Source: Sandaracinaceae bacterium (GTDB lineage Bacteria; Myxococcota_A; Polyangia; Polyangiales; Sandaracinaceae). Taken from it: a DNA stretch of 21,827 nucleotides. Location of the stretch: assembly GCA_044220955.1 (NCBI GenBank), contig JBGAQA010000007.1, positions 25,468-47,294 on the forward strand. Direction: 5' to 3'. The notes under the pieces were generated by a model. That model did no database searches. It was given only the letters and a program-made list of their open reading frames with translations, and was not told where the DNA came from. Shown piece by piece: positions 14,887-21,827 of this stretch (positions within the stretch are counted from its first letter, which is position 1; every line of letters starts with the position of its first letter). Both the position numbers and the translations under genes were made by a program.

Positions 14887-16416
14887 TCAGTGAGCCCGGC
14901 GTGAGCCGCCGCTGCGCTGGAGCGTCAGCGTCAGCTCGTGGGGCCCGTCGGCCGTGAACGGCGTCGTGATCGTCGCGTAGCCGTCGGCCGAGATCGCCAG
15001 CTCGTGGTTCGTCCCGTCCTGCGTGACGTCGAACTCGGTCCCCGGCATCTGGACCCCGTCCCAGGTCACGCGAGGCGTCACCGACGCCGGCAGCACGTGG
15101 ATCACCATGTGCGCCTGGTGGACCGTCGGTGCGTGCTGCGTGTCGATGGGCGTCACGACCGCGTGGACCTGCTGCTGGCGCAGGCGACGCTCTTCGTCGA
15201 GGCGCTGCCGGTGGACGTAGAGGATCCACGCGATCGTCGCGCCGATCATCAGGACGACGACGATGCGCAGCGCGTGGAAGACCGGGCCGTTGCCCTTGAA
15301 GAACTTCTCCGGCGGGACGGCCTCGTCGGGCGGCTTGGTGAAGAGCTTGTCGCGGTTGTGCTGCTCGCCGAGCGTCCTGGACCAGTCGAGCTGCATCAGG
15401 CGCCGCCGGACGTTCTCGGCCGAGCCGGGGCGCTCGGTCGGCATCTTGCGGAGCAGCTGGTCGACGATGTCCTCGACCGCGGGCGGCACCTCGAGGTCCG
15501 GCGCCACCTCGCGCAGCCGCGGCGGCTCCGTGCGCAGGTGGTGGCCCATGAGGATCACCGGCTCCTTGTCGGTGAACACGGGCCGGCCGGTCAGCATCTC
15601 GAACAGGATGCAGCCCATCGCGTAGAGGTCGGCGGCGGGCCCGACGGGCATCCGCGCGACCGCCTCGGGGCTCATGTAGCGCGGCGTGCCGAGCATCTGC
15701 CCGACCTCGGTCAGCGCGGAGCGGTCCTGCCCGGCTGGCGCGGGCGTGTCGCCCCCGCGCTCGACCATGCGCGCGATCCCGAAGTCGAGGACCTTGACGC
15801 CGCCGCTCGCGAGCAAGGTGATGTTGTCCGGCTTCAGGTCGCGGTGCACGACGCCGGCCTCGTGCGCGGCCTCGAGCCCGGCGAGCACCTCGGCCGTGAT
15901 GCGGATCGCGTCACGGGGCGCGAGGCGGTTCACGCGCTTGAGCCGCGCCGAGAGGCTCTCGCCCTCGAGCAGCTCCATCACGAGGAAGAGCGTTCCGTCG
16001 TCCGTCTGCCCGAACTCGTGGACGACCACGACGCTCGGGTGGTGGATGCTCGCCGCGGCCGTCGCCTCGCGCTGGAAGCGCTTGGCCATCATGGGGTCGC
16101 CGGCGAAGTCGGCGCGGACGACCTTGAGCGCGACCCTGCGCCCGATGTTCAGCTGCGTGGCCTCGTAGACCGCGCCCATGCCGCCGATGCCGAGCACGCG
16201 CTCGATGCGGTAGCGCCCGGCGACGACCGAGCCCTGCCCGAGCTGCGTGACCTGCGCGACCTCCGGCCTGGTGACGCGCCCCGGCGGGGGCGGTGGCGGC
16301 TTGTACGTCGAGCGGCCGCGCGCGCCGGACGCCTCGCCGCTCATCACGCCGGTCGAGCCGCCGGTCACCGGGTGCTCGTTCGACGGGGTCGAGCGCTTCT
16401 GCGGATCGCCGCTCAT
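14887..16416 (-). CDS. Membrane-anchored Ser/Thr protein kinase with C-terminal PEGA-like domain
   Basis: LGIGGMGAVY, VALK, HRDLKPDN, VKVLDFGIA, GTPRYMSPE, DLYAMGCILFEMLTG. TM segment IVVVLMIGATIAWILYV, then PEGA-like ...VTWDG...HELAISADGY...LTLTLQR. The start is uncertain (16416 chosen; 16458 and later Mets are possible). Confidence 0.95.
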   Translation of the reverse strand: MSGDPQKRSTPSNEHPVTGGSTGVMSGEASGARGRSTYKPPPPPPGRVTRPEVAQVTQLGQGSVVAGRYRIERVLGIGGMGAVYEATQLNIGRRVALKVVRADFAGDPMMAKRFQREATAAASIHHPSVVVVHEFGQTDDGTLFLVMELLEGESLSARLKRVNRLAPRDAIRITAEVLAGLEAAHEAGVVHRDLKPDNITLLASGGVKVLDFGIARMVERGGDTPAPAGQDRSALTEVGQMLGTPRYMSPEAVARMPVGPAADLYAMGCILFEMLTGRPVFTDKEPVILMGHHLRTEPPRLREVAPDLEVPPAVEDIVDQLLRKMPTERPGSAENVRRRLMQLDWSRTLGEQHNRDKLFTKPPDEAVPPEKFFKGNGPVFHALRIVVVLMIGATIAWILYVHRQRLDEERRLRQQQVHAVVTPIDTQHAPTVHQAHMVIHVLPASVTPRVTWDGVQMPGTEFDVTQDGTNHELAISADGYATITTPFTADGPHELTLTLQRSGGSRRAH

Positions 16417-16490
16417 TCTCCGATCTCGCAGCGTACGCGCGCGGCGCGGATGGGCCAAGCGGATCCACCCGCGTTACGCTCGCGCCGACG

Positions 16491-16949
16491 ATGACCCAGA
16501 GGCGCGTGAAGCCCCGGATGCTCGAGTGGTATCGCGCGGACCGGAGCGCCCGGATGGAGCGCGTGCTGGTCCGGGCGTCGGCGTTCGTGGTCGTGGGCGC
16601 CATCGTCGGCGCGGCGGCGATCCGCTACGGGCTCGCGCTGGGGCTCGTCTCGCTCGGGCTCGTCGTGTCGGGCGGCGCCACGGCGATGGCCGGGCTGCGA
16701 CGCGAGCTGATCGAGGAGCGCTGGCTCGCGCTGCGCACCGACGGGCTCGTCTACGCGCGCGACGGCAAGACGCGGCGGATGCCCTGGCGCTTCGTCGACG
16801 ACGTCCGGGTCGAGGGCCGGAGGGTCGTGGTCGTGCTCCGGAGCGGAAAGCGCGTGGAGATCACCGAGCGCTTCGCAGGGACGACGCGCGCGCACCTCGT
16901 CGAGAACATCGCGCGCGCGCGCGCGCGGTCGGCGCACGGGCTGCTCTGA
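16491..16949 (+). CDS. Hypothetical membrane protein (two TM helices followed by a bacterial PH-like beta domain)
   Basis: From MTQRRVKPRMLEWYRAD within track ORF 16293..16949. Two hydrophobic helices, then LALRTDGLVYARDGKTRRMPWRFVDDVRVE (the 'l...Gl......ipW..i..v' pattern). It fills the gap between the kinase and GMC genes. Confidence 0.75.
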   Translation: MTQRRVKPRMLEWYRADRSARMERVLVRASAFVVVGAIVGAAAIRYGLALGLVSLGLVVSGGATAMAGLRRELIEERWLALRTDGLVYARDGKTRRMPWRFVDDVRVEGRRVVVVLRSGKRVEITERFAGTTRAHLVENIARARARSAHGLL

Positions 16950-16955
16950 TCGGGC

Positions 16956-18461
16956 TCACGCGGCCTTCGACGCGGCTGCGCGCTCCGCGAGCTGCTCCGA
17001 GGCGACCCAGACCAGGCCCATGATCGAGTGCTGTGGGTTCACGCCGAGGTTCGTCGGGAACACGCTCGCGTCCATCACGTAGAGCCCCTCGCGTCCGTGC
17101 ACGGCCAGGTCCGCGCCGACCACGCCCCTCTTCGGATCGCTCGACGCGCAGGCCGTGCCGAAGAGGTGCGAGGCGACCAGATGCACCTGCGAGCGCGAGA
17201 GAGGTGCGCGCTCGAGGGCGCGCATCTCCTGCTCGGAGCGGACCACCTCGGGGAAGCCTGCCACGCCCGGGTACACCTCGGTCGCGCCAGCGGCGAACAT
17301 CATCCGGCCCGTGAGCACGAGCACCTCGCGGATCTTGGCGAGGTCGTTCGCGGTCGGCTCGTAGCGCACCGAGACGCCGTCGAGCCACGAGCGCTTCACC
17401 CGGCCCATCGCCTCCATCCGCACGTTGCCGCCCCACTGGGCGTAGTGACCGAGCGCCGCCAGGCGCTCCTGCCAGACGCGCCCCGCGCCCGGCAGGCGCG
17501 CCGCGAGCATGTCGGGCGGCAGCGCGAGCGCCTCGAGCTTGAAGCCCCGATCGCGCATCGGAACCTCGTAGCCCTGCGACGCGCCGAAGCCCATGTGCAC
17601 GGGCTCGGCGAAGCGGCCGACCACCGCCGCGCCCGGGTGCGCCGAGAAGCGCTCCCCGAGGAGCGGGTGACGGATGCCGCTCGCGGCCAGCAGGAGCGGC
17701 GTCCAGATCGCGCTCGCCGCCACGATCACCCCGCGCCGCGCGCGCACCGAGAACGTCCCGGCCTTGCGCCCCTCGGCGTCGTTCACGGTCCCGGTCACGC
17801 CCACCGCGCGCGCGCCCTCGAAGACGACGCGCTCCACGTGGCAGCGCGTGTGCAGGCGCGCGCCCTTGTCGATCGCTCGCGGCACGTAGCTCACGTCCAT
17901 GCTCTGCCGCGCGCCGTTGGGGCAGCCCTGCAGGCAACGCTGCGAGCCCTTGCACCCGCGGCTGTTGCGAACGATGACGTGGCCGGGCAGGCCGAGCTTC
18001 TCGGCGGCCCGCTGCATGAGCAGGTTGTTCTCGCCGGCCACGCTCGCGTCGGTCGGGCCGATCATCAGCTCGTCCTCGATGCGGTCGAACGCGCGGTCGA
18101 GCGCGGACTGGCTGGCGATCGCGCCGAGCCCGAACTCGCTCACCCAGGTGCGCCGCACGTCCTCGGGCAGGCGCCAGATGATCCCCGAGTTGATCGCCGT
18201 CGAGCCGCCGACCGCCTTGCCCTGCAAGAGCGGCATGGGCTGGAGGCTGTCCGTCGCGAGCGTGGCCATCCCGCGCACGGCCAGCGCCATCGCGTCGACG
18301 AGCTCGCGCGGGCGATCCTCGGGCCTGAGGTACGCCCCCTCCTCGATCATCGCGAGCGAGAAGCCCGCCTCCGAGAGCACGCGCGCCGCGGTCGCCCCGC
18401 CCGCGCCCGTCCCCACGATCACGAAGTCGGCCTCGTCCTCGAGCTTCAGCGTCTGCGGCAT
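16956..18461 (-). CDS. GMC family FAD-dependent oxidoreductase
   Basis: DFVIVGTGAGG (Rossmann fold), GKAVGGSTAINSG, CKGSQRCLQGCP, HLFGT, GLYVMDASVFPTNLGVNPQHSI. Confidence 0.95.
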   Translation of the reverse strand: MPQTLKLEDEADFVIVGTGAGGATAARVLSEAGFSLAMIEEGAYLRPEDRPRELVDAMALAVRGMATLATDSLQPMPLLQGKAVGGSTAINSGIIWRLPEDVRRTWVSEFGLGAIASQSALDRAFDRIEDELMIGPTDASVAGENNLLMQRAAEKLGLPGHVIVRNSRGCKGSQRCLQGCPNGARQSMDVSYVPRAIDKGARLHTRCHVERVVFEGARAVGVTGTVNDAEGRKAGTFSVRARRGVIVAASAIWTPLLLAASGIRHPLLGERFSAHPGAAVVGRFAEPVHMGFGASQGYEVPMRDRGFKLEALALPPDMLAARLPGAGRVWQERLAALGHYAQWGGNVRMEAMGRVKRSWLDGVSVRYEPTANDLAKIREVLVLTGRMMFAAGATEVYPGVAGFPEVVRSEQEMRALERAPLSRSQVHLVASHLFGTACASSDPKRGVVGADLAVHGREGLYVMDASVFPTNLGVNPQHSIMGLVWVASEQLAERAAASKAA

Positions 18462-18474
18462 GGCGTTCGTTCCT

Positions 18475-18927
18475 TCACGCGGCGAGCACGCGCAGCTGCA
18501 CGCGCGCGGGGACAGGGGTGGTCTCGGCGAGGTCGTGTCCGGGGTCGTCGTAGCCGGTGCGCGCGCGGAGCGAGCCGACGCGGAACATCGCCATGCACGC
18601 GACGAGCTTCACGAGCAGCGCCATCTCGCGCACGAGGAAGAAGCGGTGGTCGAGCAGCCCCTCCATCGCCGCGGCGCGCTCCTCCATCGTCGAGCGCGCG
18701 AGCGTCCGGAATCGGCCCAGCACGAAGAGCGGCGCGAAGAAGAACGCGACGAGCGAGATGGCGATCCCGAGGCGCGCCTTGTCGGAGGCCTGGGCGAGGA
18801 AGCGGTCGAGCCCCGCGGCCCAGTCCACCTCGCCCGCGCCGATCGAGAACCCCGAGGGCAGCGCGAGCGGCGCGAAGCTCGACAGGACCACGGGCGCGAG
18901 CGAGCGTTCGATCGACGAGAGCTTCAT
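18475..18927 (-). CDS. Hypothetical helical protein, probable GMC accessory subunit (gluconate 2-dehydrogenase subunit 3-like)
   Basis: ATG overlaps the GntR stop (ATGA) and the gene ends 13 nt before the GMC start. Pattern RFRTLARSTMEERAAAMEGL...LVKLVACMAMF...RARTGY is typical of small proteins found before GMC genes. The family assignment is an inference. Confidence 0.7.
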   Translation of the reverse strand: MKLSSIERSLAPVVLSSFAPLALPSGFSIGAGEVDWAAGLDRFLAQASDKARLGIAISLVAFFFAPLFVLGRFRTLARSTMEERAAAMEGLLDHRFFLVREMALLVKLVACMAMFRVGSLRARTGYDDPGHDLAETTPVPARVQLRVLAA

Positions 18928-19748
18928 CGGGGCGTCTCCTTCTTCCTGGCGGCAGGGCCCGGCGTGGCCGGGCCGATCTGTTCCGAGTCCGGCGGCGGCG
19001 ACTTCATCTGCGCGAGCATCCCGATCGCCATCGTGATGCGATCGAGCGTCGTGCGATCCAGACGGTGCAGCAGGCGCTCGGCGGTCTGCCGCGCGCGCGT
19101 CGCGTCCCGCGCCTCCATGCGATCGAGCAGGCGCCCGTACACGGCGATCGTGGCCGGTGCGTTGGCGAAGAACGCGAGCTCGACGCCCTGGTTGCGCTCG
19201 ATCGTCTTCTGCACCGTGTTGAAGAGCAGCTCGAAGGCGAGGTTCTTCGTCGAGCGCACGAGCATCCGCGCGAACGCGAGGTCGGCCGTCATGAACGCGT
19301 GGGGATCGGAGAGCTGCGTCGCGAGGTGCGCGACCTGGGCCCGCATCCCGCGCAGCTCCTCGATGCTGGCGCGCTCGGCCGCGATCCCGATCGCCTCGAC
19401 GGCGACCGCGCGCCGCAGCTCGAGCAGGCCGGCGACGACGTCGAGCCCGATGCGCTGCCCCGTGAGCGCGAGCTCGGCGAGGTGCCCGAGGAGCGCCACG
19501 TCGCCGTGCTCGTGGAAGTCGAGCACCCGCGTCCCGGAGCCGTGGACCGACTGCACGAGCCCCTCGCTCGACAGGCGCGTGAGGGCCGCCCGCAGGGTCA
19601 GCCGGCTCACGCCCAGCTGCTCGGAGAGCTCGCGCTCGCCCGGTAGGGTGGTCCCGGGGACGTACCGGCCGGTCAGGATCGCCGAGCGCAGCTTGCCGGC
19701 GGCGGCGTCCACTGCGCTGGGATCCTTGATGTTTTCAGCCTTCGCCAC
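18924..19748 (-). CDS. GntR family transcriptional regulator, FadR subfamily (wHTH + FCD)
   Basis: LRSAILTGRYVPGTTLPGERELSEQLGVSRLTLRAALTRLSSEGLVQSVHGSGTRV, then LLELRRAVAVE...ADLAF...STKN. GAGGTG lies upstream of the GTG. Confidence 0.95.
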   Translation of the reverse strand: MAKAENIKDPSAVDAAAGKLRSAILTGRYVPGTTLPGERELSEQLGVSRLTLRAALTRLSSEGLVQSVHGSGTRVLDFHEHGDVALLGHLAELALTGQRIGLDVVAGLLELRRAVAVEAIGIAAERASIEELRGMRAQVAHLATQLSDPHAFMTADLAFARMLVRSTKNLAFELLFNTVQKTIERNQGVELAFFANAPATIAVYGRLLDRMEARDATRARQTAERLLHRLDRTTLDRITMAIGMLAQMKSPPPDSEQIGPATPGPAARKKETPR

Positions 19749-19756
19749 GTCGCCAC

Positions 19757-19794
19757 CTCACTGGTATGACCAGTGAGAGATGTGGTAATACCAC
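19757..19794. promoter_or_regulatory. Tandem FadR-type operators (TGGT-N3-ACCA x2)
   Basis: CTCACTGGT-ATG-ACCAGTGAG (19757-19777; perfect 9-bp arms) and GTGGTA-A-TACCAC (19782-19794). Their centres are 21 bp apart, directly upstream of the FadR-type gene. Confidence 0.8.
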
Positions 19795-19843
19795 TTCGCT
19801 GCGAAGGCAAGTACGCACTTGCCCCGTGGCCGAACCGTGACGA

Positions 19844-20245
19844 TCAGCGCGCCGCGACCGGGCCGCCGAGCGCGCTGCCGAGCTCGGCCTCGCGGCAGGT
19901 GCAGCGGGCGCCCTCCGGCATCTCGTTCATCGCGCCACAGGTCGCGATCGCGCCCTCGAGCGAGCTCGCGGCGAGCGTCTGCGTCTGCGTCTCGCTCTCC
20001 CCCGGGATCGTGCACACGAACGCGGGCTCGCCGCCGAAGCTCGCGCCGTCGGGCCCCGTGTGCGTCGTCGTCCGCGCCTCTCCGCCCGACGTCAGCCCCG
20101 AGAGAGCGGCGTTCACCATCGCCGCATCGAGGTCCCCCGCCGCGCGCGCGGACGTGCCCGTCGCGCCGAGCGCGGAGGCGATCGCGCTCGCGCACCCGGG
20201 CGTTCCGAGGGCGAGGGCCAGGGCGAGGCCGATCCGGGCGCGCAC
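19844..20245 (-). CDS. Small putative lipoprotein (about 133 aa)
   Basis: From GTG 20245 in track ORF 19844..20344: MRARIGLALALALGTPG-C (lipobox), with a four-Cys C-terminal domain (FVC...ATC...RCTC). Confidence 0.7.
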   Translation of the reverse strand: MRARIGLALALALGTPGCASAIASALGATGTSARAAGDLDAAMVNAALSGLTSGGEARTTTHTGPDGASFGGEPAFVCTIPGESETQTQTLAASSLEGAIATCGAMNEMPEGARCTCREAELGSALGGPVAAR

Positions 20246-20325
20246 GAGCCCATCGTACGCCCATCTCGCCGCGGGATTGCTCCGGTCGATCCATCGCGCT
20301 CGAGATGCTGGTAGCTTCCCCCGCC

Positions 20326-21827
20326 ATGACCGAGACCTTCCCAATCGACCTCCGCGCCCTCAAGCCGCTCTCGCTCGACGTGCACGCGAAAGCCCTCACC
20401 GCCGAGCAGAGGTCGACGCTCGAGCACAACATCCAGCTCTGCCGCGACGCGATCGTGTTCTTCACGGCGCTCGCGGGTGCGCGCGGCCTCTCGGGTCACA
20501 CGGGCGGTGCCTACGACACCGTGCCGGAGGTGATGATCACCCGCGCGTTCGTCGCGGGCGGCGCGCCGATCGTGCCGATCTTCTTCGACGAGGCGGGCCA
20601 CCGCGTCGCGACCCAGTACCTGCTCAGCGTGCTCGACGGCCACATGCCGGCCGAGAAGCTGCTCCATTACCGCGAGTACGACAGCAAGCTCCCGGGCCAT
20701 CCCGAGAAGCACCTCACGCCCGGCATCCACTTCAGCTCGGGCCGCCTCGGACACATGTGGGCGTTCGTGAACGGCGTCGCGCTCGCGAACCCCGGCAAGG
20801 CCGTCGTGATGCTGGGCTCGGACGGCAGCCAGATGGAAGGGGACAACGCCGAGGCCGCGCGCCTCACCGTCGGCAGGTCGCTGAACGTGAAGGTCGTCGT
20901 CGACGACAACAACGTCACGATCGCCGGCCACCCGCAGGAGTACATGCCCGGCTACGACGTCGCCAAGACGCTCGCCGGGCACGGCATGACGACCGCGACG
21001 GTCGCGGGCGAGGAGCTCGAGTCGCTCTTCCTCGCGCTCGGCCGCGCGTTCTCGGACGCCTCGCCGCACGCGCTCGTCGTCAAGCGCCTGATGGCGCCCA
21101 AGATCCCGCACGCCGAGGGCAGCCCCCACGCCCACGAGGTCCTCAAGACGGACGTCGCGGCGGCGTACCTCGAGTCGCGCGGCCACGCGGCGGCGGTCGC
21201 GATGCTCAAGGCGGCCAAGGGCGACAAGAGCCCGCTCACCTTCGAGGGCTCCTCGGGCGCGGGCAAGAACCGCGACGACTTCGGCAAGATCGTCACCGCG
21301 ATCCTCGATGCGCGCACGCCCGAGCAGCGCCTCGCGAGCGTGCGCGTGTTCGACAACGATCTCGAGGGCAGCTGCGGCCTGCACCACATCCGGAAGAAGT
21401 ACCCGGAGGTGTTCGTGCGAGGCGGCATCATGGAGCGCGGCAACTTCTCGGCGGCCGCGGGCTTCGGCTCGAGCGAGGGCAAGCAGGGCATCTTCGCGAC
21501 CTTCTCGGCCTTCCTCGAGATGTGCATCAGCGAGATCACGATGGCGCGCCTGAACTACTCGAACGTGCTGGCGCACTTCAGCCATTCCGGCTGCGACGAC
21601 ATGGCCGACAACACCTGCCACTTCGGCATCAACTCCATGTTCGCCGACGGGGGCCTCGCGCCCGGCCACGCCGCCGACACGACGCACCTCTACTTCCCCG
21701 TGGACCAGCACCAGTTCGCGGCGTGCGTGAAGACGATCTTCGACGACCCGGGCCTGCGCTTCGTGTTCAGCACGCGCGCGCCGGTGCCGGACATCCTCGG
21801 CGAGGACGGCAAGCCCATGTTCGCCGG
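20326..21827 (+). CDS. Transketolase-like thiamine-diphosphate enzyme (divergent subfamily), 3'-truncated by window edge
   Basis: Absent from the ORF track because it has no stop in the window. My translation from ATG 20326: MTETFPIDL...SGHTGGAYD...DEAGHRVATQY...LPGHPE...SSGRLGH...GSDGSQMEG...VVDDNNVTI (ThDP motif)...DLEGSCG...GIMERGNFSAAAGF...FATFSAF...SHSGCDDMADNTCHF. Confidence 0.85.
   Translation, partial: MTETFPIDLRALKPLSLDVHAKALTAEQRSTLEHNIQLCRDAIVFFTALAGARGLSGHTGGAYDTVPEVMITRAFVAGGAPIVPIFFDEAGHRVATQYLLSVLDGHMPAEKLLHYREYDSKLPGHPEKHLTPGIHFSSGRLGHMWAFVNGVALANPGKAVVMLGSDGSQMEGDNAEAARLTVGRSLNVKVVVDDNNVTIAGHPQEYMPGYDVAKTLAGHGMTTATVAGEELESLFLALGRAFSDASPHALVVKRLMAPKIPHAEGSPHAHEVLKTDVAAAYLESRGHAAAVAMLKAAKGDKSPLTFEGSSGAGKNRDDFGKIVTAILDARTPEQRLASVRVFDNDLEGSCGLHHIRKKYPEVFVRGGIMERGNFSAAAGFGSSEGKQGIFATFSAFLEMCISEITMARLNYSNVLAHFSHSGCDDMADNTCHFGINSMFADGGLAPGHAADTTHLYFPVDQHQFAACVKTIFDDPGLRFVFSTRAPVPDILGEDGKPMFA

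Overview
Very GC-rich (roughly 70%+ by eye), gene-dense chromosomal window with about 19 real CDSs. The gene content (Glt/Agm-type gliding homologues, a TPR-fused TonB-dependent receptor, a eukaryote-like Ser/Thr kinase with a PEGA-like tail, many Cys-rich lipoproteins) points to a myxobacterium, probably Polyangiales/Sandaracinus-like; this is an inference. Left to right: a TetR-HIT-HD operon (- strand) with an operator over its promoter; ligA; a divergent pair of a Tgs1-like (RNA cap guanine-N2-type) methyltransferase fusion and TrmO/TsaA; a TonB-dependent receptor plus a large Cys-rich lipoprotein; an M32 carboxypeptidase; a 243-bp intergenic region; a gltF/gltG-like pair; a lipoprotein; a Ser/Thr kinase; a membrane protein; a FadR-small protein-GMC oxidoreductase operon with tandem operators; a lipoprotein; and a divergent transketolase-like gene running off the right edge. 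I saw no mobile elements, CRISPR, tRNA or rRNA. The two best leads are (1) a candidate stand-alone ~53-nt sRNA at 12119-12171 (- strand), with a sigma54 promoter, an upstream activator-like site and a single C8-loop hairpin ending in U8, which resembles myxobacterial Pxr; and (2) the bacterial Tgs1-like methyltransferase, fused to a pseudokinase-like and an RRM-like segment and translationally coupled to trmO. All family calls come from recalled motifs; no database search was run.
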